Part shown: piece after piece, positions 9,050 to 16,900 of the stretch | Position numbering within the stretch: position 1 is the first letter of the stretch | Layout of the letters: each line of letters begins with the position of its first letter | Position numbers and translations under genes: made by a program | IMG/VR virus record: IMGVR_UViG_3300021254_000023 | DNA length: 64,000 nt | Source: an uncultured virus (IMG/VR IMGVR_UViG_3300021254_000023) | Taxonomy: Duplodnaviria > Heunggongvirae > Uroviricota > Caudoviricetes | Reading direction: 5' to 3' (one strand) | The notes under the pieces: generated by a model | Told to the model about the DNA's origin: nothing | The model's input: only the letters and a program-made list of their open reading frames with translations | The model's database searches: none

Positions 9050-9509
9050 GTTCTACTCTAGACGAGATTTCTTGCCTGAAAAAGATAGATTCTTACCCGA
9101 TCCAAGTGTAGAACGAGACTTGGGAAAAGACGTAGACTTAGTGATAGAAACTTCTAAAAAGAAATGGGAAAGTGATGTAAATAGTTTTCCAAAGGGATCC
9201 GAAATACGTAAGAAAATCAATCAATTAAAGAATGATATTAAGAACGGATACTATTACATAGATGGACCCTCTGGTGGAGACACCCATTGGTTAAAAGACT
9301 TCTCTCACAAAGATAGTCACTTAATGTCGAAAGCTATTGATAAAGACAATAGACTTAATTATAGAGTTTATCCACCTGCAATAATTACATCAAGTTCTGG
9401 AGAACTTATATACCAACAGAGAATTGTATTAGAGTCTTGTAAAGGACATGAACGAAATGGTGCCGCTAATTATAGTGAAATTGGTGGTAATGATTACAGA
9501 TTTCTGTGA
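9030..9509 (+). CDS. YoeB/Txe-like (RelE superfamily) RNase toxin with N-terminal extension
   Basis: 'KKINQLKNDIK...G...LK...SKAIDKDNRLNYRV...IVLESCKGH' parallels YoeB/Txe 'KIN.LI.DI...G.PE.LK...SRRI...HRLVY...I.SCR.HY'. Confidence 0.75.
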   Translation: MIVLRNKFYSRRDFLPEKDRFLPDPSVERDLGKDVDLVIETSKKKWESDVNSFPKGSEIRKKINQLKNDIKNGYYYIDGPSGGDTHWLKDFSHKDSHLMSKAIDKDNRLNYRVYPPAIITSSSGELIYQQRIVLESCKGHERNGAANYSEIGGNDYRFL

Positions 9510-9536
9510 TCTTTTAATTTTCAAACTAAAACTACT

Positions 9537-9998
9537 ATGAAATTACTCCTAAAACGAATCGCACGTCGGGAAAAGTATACAATTGGGAAACTATATATTG
9601 ATGGGGAATATTTCTCAGACACGATTGAAGACAAAGATCGTGGTCTTACTCAGGATATGCCCCTTGAAGAGATTAAGAAGATCAAAGTTCCTAATGAAAC
9701 TGCTATCCCGGCCGGGACTTATAAGATCACACTCAACGTGGTAAGTCCTAAGTTTAGTAAATATAATGCTTATAAGTATATTGGCGGAAAACTTCCTCGA
9801 CTGCTTGATGTTCCTGGATATAGTGGTGTTCTCATACATATTGGAAACACGGCAGAAAACTCCAGCGGCTGCCTGATAGTAGGGCAAAACACACAGGTAG
9901 GAAAGGTCTTAAACAGTACAGTTACATTCAAGAAGTTATACGCCAAACTCCAAGAAGCAAATAAAAGAGGTGAAGTAATAACAATAACAATTGAATAG
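9537..9998 (+). CDS. DUF5675-like protein (L,D-transpeptidase-like fold), putative peptidoglycan-acting enzyme
   Basis: 'LKR...YTIGKLYIDG...TIED...TAIPAGTY...DVPGYSGVLIHIGNT...SSGCLIVG' with the His/Cys pair. Confidence 0.8.
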   Translation: MKLLLKRIARREKYTIGKLYIDGEYFSDTIEDKDRGLTQDMPLEEIKKIKVPNETAIPAGTYKITLNVVSPKFSKYNAYKYIGGKLPRLLDVPGYSGVLIHIGNTAENSSGCLIVGQNTQVGKVLNSTVTFKKLYAKLQEANKRGEVITITIE

Positions 9999-10005
9999 AA
10001 AAAAT

Positions 10006-10073
10006 AAAATCCCATGACTCAGGAGAATAGCCTGAAACCATTCGTTTGGATCATGGGAACCGAAACAAAGAAA
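10006..10073. repeat. 68-bp structured direct repeat, copy 1
   Basis: AAAATCCCATGACTCAGG...TGGATCATGGGAACCGAAACAAAGAAA; near-identical to 12754-12821. Confidence 0.95.
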
Positions 10074-10548
10074 ATGCGGACAGGAAAAAAGGAAAATCCT
10101 ATTAATGAGAAAAAGATGATAGGAATGGATATGATTGAATTTTATGTCCGTTTATTTTTGAATCAAATAGAATATAATTTTTCCATAACGAATAAGGGGT
10201 GTCTGGATAAAATCCTAACGTCTATAACCACTTGTGAAAGCAGTTATAGATCTATGGACACTAAATTATGCAGTAAAATTCTGGCGTGGCCGTGTTATAA
10301 CACGGAACCTCTCGACCTACGCCAAGGGAAACAAGCCCTGGCTCGGTCTCGGTCGCTTCGCTCTTCGGTTCTTTACTCAGACTGATCTCTAAAAGTAATT
10401 ATGGAAAAGTTATGCACTAAAATTTGAATAAATATTATATTATTGAACTTGTAGTGGTTTTATCTAAGATAATATTTCATGGCTCGGGTGAACCTTGGCC
10501 TTGGAAAATGGTTCACCCAGTTCCAAACAATATAAATTAAATTCGATT

Positions 10549-12624
10549 ATGGAAAAAGAAAAGTTAGTTGTACCAAAAGGAATACGGTATATTAGTCAAT
10601 GGCAAGACTTTAAATTAGCTAAATATCCACACATAGTAAACAAACAAATTCCAGGATGCGGTTTTACGGAATGGTGTTTAGTTAATGAAGAGAGTGTTAT
10701 TCTTTGTTCTCCTAGACGGATCTTGCTCCAAAACAAACGGGATCAGCACGAAGAAGATGTTTTCTTGGTTATGAATAATCAGGAGGATAAATTTTCTCCG
10801 GATAAAGATCTTTCTAGAAAAAAGAAATTGAGTTCCGAAGAAGAATCTTCTATTTCAGAGGTTTTATTGCCTACTAAAACAGAGACTGTAGATAAAAATT
10901 TCTATCAGAAATTGAAGGAAGCCCTTCGTGGATACATTATTTCTCGTAAGATTGAGAAAAAACCAAGCAAGATTCTCGTTACTTATGATTCTTTTGGAAT
11001 AGTAAAGGACATTCTCCAATCTTTGGGATATCTTTTTGAGTTTCAGGTGATAGTAGATGAATTCCAAAGTATTTTTGTAGATTCTCGATTTAAACCTTCT
11101 ACTGAGATCAAATTCTTGACATACCTAGAGAATATCGAACAAGTTTGTTATGTATCAGCAACACCTATGATGGAATCTTATCTTGAAATGATTCCAGAGT
11201 TTAAAAACCTACCTTATTATGAACTGGATTGGGAAACAGCCCAACTAGATCGAGTATCTAGACCAAACCTGAAAGTTAGGTATACTAGATCTGTTACTGA
11301 AGCTGCCAAAAATATAATAATTCCTTACAAAGAGGGTAAATTTGATGTCAAGTATGTTAGGAAAAATAATCAACCAGTAGCAGTAGAATCTAAAGAGGCT
11401 GTTATTTATGTTAATTCGGTTAATAATATTATCAGTATTGTTAAAAAGTTTGGGCTGAAAGCTGACGAAGTAAATATTCTCTGTAGCAACACTTATGACA
11501 ATTTTAATAAAATTAAAAATAAACTTGGTCAAGCTTTCCTAATTGGTCGTGTCCCTTTGAAAGGCGAACAGCATAAGATGTTTACCTTCTGTACTCGTAC
11601 AGTCTACCTCGGCGCTGATTTTTATTCAACTACTGCCAGGACGTTTGTTATATCTGATGCTAATATAGAAACATTAGCTGTAGATATAAGCTTGGATCTC
11701 CCTCAAATCTTGGGGAGACAGAGGTTAACAGAGAATCCTTGGAAAAATGAAGCTGAATTTTATTATAAACCATTAGCAACTAAGAAGAGAGTTGAGAAGG
11801 AAGATTTTGATAAAATAATTAAAGCCAAAGAGACAGCTACTCAAAATTGTATTGACATTTTTGAGAATACTAAGAGAGATACTTCTCATGCTTTGAACGA
11901 CCTAATAAAGAGGTTTGCTACACTTATAGAAGTAAATAATTATAGTGAAGATTATCTATCACTTAAGTCTGTCCAGGAAGAAACCGTGGACTCTACTACT
12001 GGGGAAGTAAAGGTTATAAATAACATAGTCCCAGTTTTCAATAATCTTGTTCGTGTATCTGAGCTCAGGGCTTTTGAGATACAGCAAGTGGATTATAAAG
12101 ACCGGTTTCACATATTCAGTAACTTGGATAGTTCTCTTGGTTTAGGAGGAGAGAACCAAGAAGTTAGAGAATTTTTGGTCGAATATCAGTCGCTGCCCAA
12201 ACTATATGATAAGCTTAAGTATCTTTGTGACTTAGACTTTCAGGGGAGACTGTCTTCAGCAATTATGGCTCAGGTATCAGAGAAACATTTTCAAGAATAT
12301 TTTACAGTCCTTGGATCTGAAAGAATAAAAGCCTTGGCCTATAATACATCGCTATTGAATAAAGAGCTAGGTATCTTGACTTTTGACAACACTATACTTT
12401 TAGAGAGAGTATATAGTATATTTATACCCGGAAATAGGTACTCACTTGTAGACATTAAACAGATGTTATTAGATATCTACCAAGACGTGGGTTATAAGAA
12501 GACGCCCGTTGCTACTGACTTACAAGAGTGGTTCAATATAAAAGGCGTTCAAATAAATACAAAAATCTCTAAAGGGAAATACAAAAGAGATCAAGGATTT
12601 GAAATTTTATCAAAAAAGAAATAA
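10549..12624 (+). CDS. SF2 helicase-like protein with degenerate Walker A, possibly origin-binding
   Basis: 'NKQIPGCGFT' (motif I-like), 'ILVTYDS', 'VIVDEFQS' (II), 'VSATP' (III), 'GADF' (V), 'QILGRQR' (VI). ATG at 10549 preferred over TTG at 10495. Confidence 0.75.
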   Translation: MEKEKLVVPKGIRYISQWQDFKLAKYPHIVNKQIPGCGFTEWCLVNEESVILCSPRRILLQNKRDQHEEDVFLVMNNQEDKFSPDKDLSRKKKLSSEEESSISEVLLPTKTETVDKNFYQKLKEALRGYIISRKIEKKPSKILVTYDSFGIVKDILQSLGYLFEFQVIVDEFQSIFVDSRFKPSTEIKFLTYLENIEQVCYVSATPMMESYLEMIPEFKNLPYYELDWETAQLDRVSRPNLKVRYTRSVTEAAKNIIIPYKEGKFDVKYVRKNNQPVAVESKEAVIYVNSVNNIISIVKKFGLKADEVNILCSNTYDNFNKIKNKLGQAFLIGRVPLKGEQHKMFTFCTRTVYLGADFYSTTARTFVISDANIETLAVDISLDLPQILGRQRLTENPWKNEAEFYYKPLATKKRVEKEDFDKIIKAKETATQNCIDIFENTKRDTSHALNDLIKRFATLIEVNNYSEDYLSLKSVQEETVDSTTGEVKVINNIVPVFNNLVRVSELRAFEIQQVDYKDRFHIFSNLDSSLGLGGENQEVREFLVEYQSLPKLYDKLKYLCDLDFQGRLSSAIMAQVSEKHFQEYFTVLGSERIKALAYNTSLLNKELGILTFDNTILLERVYSIFIPGNRYSLVDIKQMLLDIYQDVGYKKTPVATDLQEWFNIKGVQINTKISKGKYKRDQGFEILSKKK

Positions 12625-12753
12625 TAAAGTTATATTGTTTATTCATAATTTTGTGTTTATTAGGTTATGCCTGGAATTTCCTAAACTACATAAGTGGTCT
12701 GAGAAGATAGCTTATGAAGCTATGGGCATTAATTTTATGAATAAACAGGTAAC

Positions 12754-12821
12754 AAAATCCCATGACTCAGGAAAATATCCTAAACCATTTCATTTGGATC
12801 ATGGGAACCGAAACAAAGAAA
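12754..12821. repeat. 68-bp structured direct repeat, copy 2
   Basis: Matches 10006-10073; differences are confined to the central arms and loops. Confidence 0.95.
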
Positions 12822-12847
12822 TTTTCAGAAACACAATAATAACAAAT

Positions 12848-12890
12848 AAAGGAACCACCTTTAGTGACAAACTAGGGCGGTTTCCTTTTT
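12848..12890 (+). terminator. Terminator-like or 5'-UTR hairpin
   Basis: AAAGGAACC...TAGT-GACAA-ACTA...GGTTTCCTTT ending in a T run, 14 nt before the ATG at 12905. Confidence 0.5.
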
Positions 12891-12904
12891 AACCCAAAAA
12901 TAAA

Positions 12905-13669
12905 ATGAACATAGATGTATCACTTTTACCGAGCGGGGGCTATGGATATGGCTTTCCCAGCATTAATGTCAACCCTATGGTATTTCAAGACATAGTCGAC
13001 TATACGACTAACTTGCCTGAGGATGATCCGCTTGGCCGTTATTTTTTCGACGTGGAAATGCTCAAACAAGACGACCCGAAGGTGGTTGATCTCTACGTTA
13101 TGGACATTGATTTCTTGATTTTCTATAAGAAACTAATTACGGTTTCTGAGGACCTCTCTTATCAAGTAGAGATTAAATGTCCTTATTGTGGAAAACCAAT
13201 TAAGAAGACTATTTCCTTTGAGCGTGATATTCACTTCAAACAGATTGACCCCAAGATTATGGAAGGGGCCAAGATAAACTTAGGGGGACATACGTACGAA
13301 ACGATTGTTCCCACATGGAATGACTTTATTAAAGTATTCCAACTCTACCTCAGAATTCGAAAGGTGCATGATTTGAAAATGATCAAGACTATTTCTCTCA
13401 TTAAGGACTGGGATTATGCCAAGAACCAAATAGAGCACGATATCCTAGAGGCAACTCATTCGGATATCTCTCTTCTCATGGCCTTACGAGAACTTTATTT
13501 TGACAGAGTAGATCCAATTACAGTTTATTGTCCCGAATGTAACAAAGACCTGGAACCAGGCGAAGAAAGGAGGAGTGTGGCAGTGAGCGTGGATTCTCTC
13601 ATTGTCGATTTCTTTCGAGACCTCTATATCAATTGCCCAATTGATGGATCTAAAATTTTATTTAAATAA
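12905..13669 (+). CDS. Putative baseplate hub/tail assembly chaperone (T4 gp26-like)
   Basis: 'LPSGG.GY' start, CPYC and CPEC zinc knuckles, 'DFF' near the C-terminus, position before the tape measure gene. Confidence 0.65.
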   Translation: MNIDVSLLPSGGYGYGFPSINVNPMVFQDIVDYTTNLPEDDPLGRYFFDVEMLKQDDPKVVDLYVMDIDFLIFYKKLITVSEDLSYQVEIKCPYCGKPIKKTISFERDIHFKQIDPKIMEGAKINLGGHTYETIVPTWNDFIKVFQLYLRIRKVHDLKMIKTISLIKDWDYAKNQIEHDILEATHSDISLLMALRELYFDRVDPITVYCPECNKDLEPGEERRSVAVSVDSLIVDFFRDLYINCPIDGSKILFK

Positions 13670-13922
13670 ATTCCTGAAGGTAGATAACATAGAGAAGTAT
13701 ACCCTGAAGACACTTTTTAAACTTAGGGAGATTTATGATAAATTCCTTGAGTCCAGTAAAGGTGTCGATCCTGATTTCCCAACCATCGATTTTAGTGGTA
13801 AGGGAGAAGCAGTGAAGGGTGTTAATAAGACAAAAGTACTCGGTGATGATCCTGGAGATAACTCTGTTTTCGGTTATGATGACAACAATGGTCCCGCCGA
13901 GTCTTTCACACTAACTAAGTAA
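13644..13922 (+). CDS. Small tail assembly chaperone; independent start at 13644 or +1 frameshift extension of the previous gene
   Basis: Frame is open 13587-13922, overlaps the previous gene, and ends 5 nt before the tape measure ATG. Confidence 0.55.
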   Translation: MDLKFYLNKFLKVDNIEKYTLKTLFKLREIYDKFLESSKGVDPDFPTIDFSGKGEAVKGVNKTKVLGDDPGDNSVFGYDDNNGPAESFTLTK

Positions 13923-13927
13923 AATTT

Positions 13928-16900
13928 ATGGCTGCCAAGACAGACGATATTAATAAGAAAGCTGCTAAACTTGCCGAAAAACAGACAGAGAAGGGCAAAG
14001 AGATGCAGCAATATGAAGAGGCTAAGTCACAACTCCAGACTATTATGTCGGAGCAACAAAATAATCTTGCTCTAGAGAAACAAGACGCGGGTAGTCAAGA
14101 TCAGATGACTGAAACCTTAGGCCAGGCTGGTGCTATGGCGGCTGCAGGAGGTGTAGGGGGAGGTATAGCTGCTCAACCACAGGTAGTAGGTCCTTCCACG
14201 GCTGAGACTCTGCAAAAGTTCGGTATGAAACCTGGGACAACCGTGACCCACGGACATAATGTACAAATCCAGCCAAATAAAATCACGGTAAATAATACAT
14301 ACAATAATACTACTACAAATAATATAAGCAATGGGGCAGGTCCCTTACAAGGACGACCAGTACAATTCCAGCAACCAGCAGCTGCTAATACAGAAGCACA
14401 AAGTCAGGCTAGGTTTAAGACTTGGCTTGGAAATCTATTTGCCCAGCAGAAAGAAGCAAACCAGAAGAGGTCAAAGGAGTATGAAAAGCGTGAATGGTCA
14501 TTAACCCGAAGCGCTAATAAGATGCTCCGAAAGATGGAAGCTACGGGAAAGAATGTAATGGATGCATTCAATCCTCAGAGGTTTGGCCAGACTGTGGGGA
14601 GTCAGTTAAAAATACTGATGACCCTGTTTGCAATCAAGTTTCTTGCCAAAAACTGGGATAAAATAATCAAGATAGGCGGTAACATAGTTAAGTTTGTTAA
14701 GGATGGTATTAGCTATTTTGGAATTGGACAGGAAGGCAAACGTCTTGTTGCAAACGGTGGTGGTTTTCGCGGAGACTTAATTCGTTTCTTGGGAGGTAAT
14801 CCTAGAGATCCTAAGACAACTCTCTTAGGTGTCCTAAAAGATGTCTTCAAGGAGTTTGGCGATCACATGAGGCTATATCTGGAAAAGCAGATGGCTCTTC
14901 GTGGTATGGCTATGAAATCCATAAAATTTCCAGATTTAAAGTTTGACGGAAATTCATTTGGATCAGATTTCCTTGGAAGAATGCTTTCTGGCTTAGGGAG
15001 TGTTTTCACGAAGGCGTTCTCTGGGGTTACGACTTACTTAGGTGATATCTTAACTGCATTAGTCGACCCTAAGGCTGGTGTTGGTAGAGGCGTAGATAAG
15101 GCTGTTGAGGCTCAGGCAAACCAGAGTAGCGATCAAGCCCGTCGACGTGAGAAGCTAAACATGTTTGATTCTGTTGGGAATAATACCATGCGTGGTGAAT
15201 ATGCCCTTGAGCAGAAAAAATATGCACTCCTCAATAATGCGCTTGATGAAAGTGGAAAATTAACTGGTTCTGCCGGTAGTACTATTTCCCAGGGTCGTGA
15301 TATTCTAGGTTCATATCAAGACGCTAAGAATTATGGAGCTATCGATGTAAGTAGGGTTTATACTGGTCTCCAAAGACTTCAGGATGCTGCTAATAGACAA
15401 GGGTATGTCTATCTCGATGAAGAATTCGTGAGAAAGATGTTCCCTCGTGGTGCAACTAATGGTCTTGAGAGAGTACCAATGAAGTACGTCAGAGTAGAGA
15501 ATGACGGAAACTTGAATGCTCTCCAGCACCAGTATATGATGAACGACACTGGTTGGGGTACAGCTGCTGATGCTATTGGCTACGGTGTTGGTGCCGCTGA
15601 GTTGGTTGGAACTACTATAGGTACTGGCGGTGTTGGTCTTTTCAGTAAGGGTGCTCAAGTAGCAAAAGCTGTTAAGGCTGGTCAGGCTGGATTTGGTGCT
15701 AGCCGTATGGCTGCTGGTGTAGTCAAGAACGGTTTTTCTTGGAAGAATGCTGCAAAGGGTGTAGCCAAAGGTTGGCTAGGAAAAGCTATAGGTACCGGTA
15801 TTGCTGAACTTGGCGCAGGATTTGCTGAGGATGATAACCATCTCGAACTTGTTCCTGCTTCTGATCCACGTCCAGCTGCTACAGTTAATGGCAAGCCGAC
15901 TAGAGAAGTCTACTACTATAGAGTTAAGCCAGAGGCTGTTGATCAGTTAGTTAAGCAATTTGATCCTGAAGGAAAAGGCAATCGTGAAATTATTCTCGGT
16001 AACATTCAGAATCACATAGTTAATAGAGCTGGTGGTAAGACTGCAGTTAATAGGGCTTGGAATTTACGAGGCAAAGATTCGGGCTATTGGCAGAATCAAA
16101 ATGTAACTGACGTTGAAAGTCAATTATCTGAATATCGTCGCCTTGACAATATAGAAAGATCCTATGATGATAGGTTAAATAATGATGCATGGTCTAGAAG
16201 AAAGGTTGTAATTGAAAACAATACTCTTGGTGCTATTAATGGAGTAGTGAATTTTGCCGGTGATCTTATGTCAGGGGTTGGTCAAGCTCTTGGTATAACT
16301 GGGAGCACTAAGAAGATCACAAAAGCTGAATCTAAGAAAAATGCCGTTTATATAATGAATGACCTTGTTAAGAGAGGTCTTCAACCACATCAAGCTGCCG
16401 GTATTGTAGGTAATTTGATGGCTGAATCCGGACTTAATCCAAGCAGTAACGCTATAGATACTAATGGTTTGAGGGCCGGCGGCTTAGCTGCATGGAATGG
16501 TCCTCTTTGGGAAAAGCTTCATGCTTTTGCTAAACAACAGGGACGTCCATGGAATGATATGAATCTTCAGCTTGATTATCTTTGGTCGCTTTTAAATAAT
16601 CCCCCCAAGGGGATGGAAAAGCAGATGGCTAATGTACGAGATCGTCTAAGCAAGGCCAAAACTCCTTATGATGCATCTGATGCGTGGGCATATTATGAGC
16701 GATATGCTGGTTATAACTATGACCCAAGAACTGCTAGACAGGCTCGTTGGAGTCCAGCCAGAATTCAACAGGAACATGATAATCGTGGAGCAAATGCAAA
16801 CGGCGTCATGGCTGTTTGGACTGAGGCCAGTGGACAAGAAGGTGGTATTAGTAAATACTTAGGTTCCTCATTCCCAAAGAGTGGTTTTGCAGGTCAGGTT

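Noticed and set aside
10014..10385. 123-aa ORF
   Set aside because: It starts inside the structured repeat and crosses palindromic DNA; no recognisable protein features.
10006..12821. CRISPR array, tRNA or hammerhead interpretation of the repeat
   Set aside because: Only two copies 2.7 kb apart; no cloverleaf or T-loop; no CUGANGA core.
12599..12892. 97-aa ORF
   Set aside because: TTG start inside the helicase gene; it runs through hairpins and reads the repeat differently from the ORF over copy 1.
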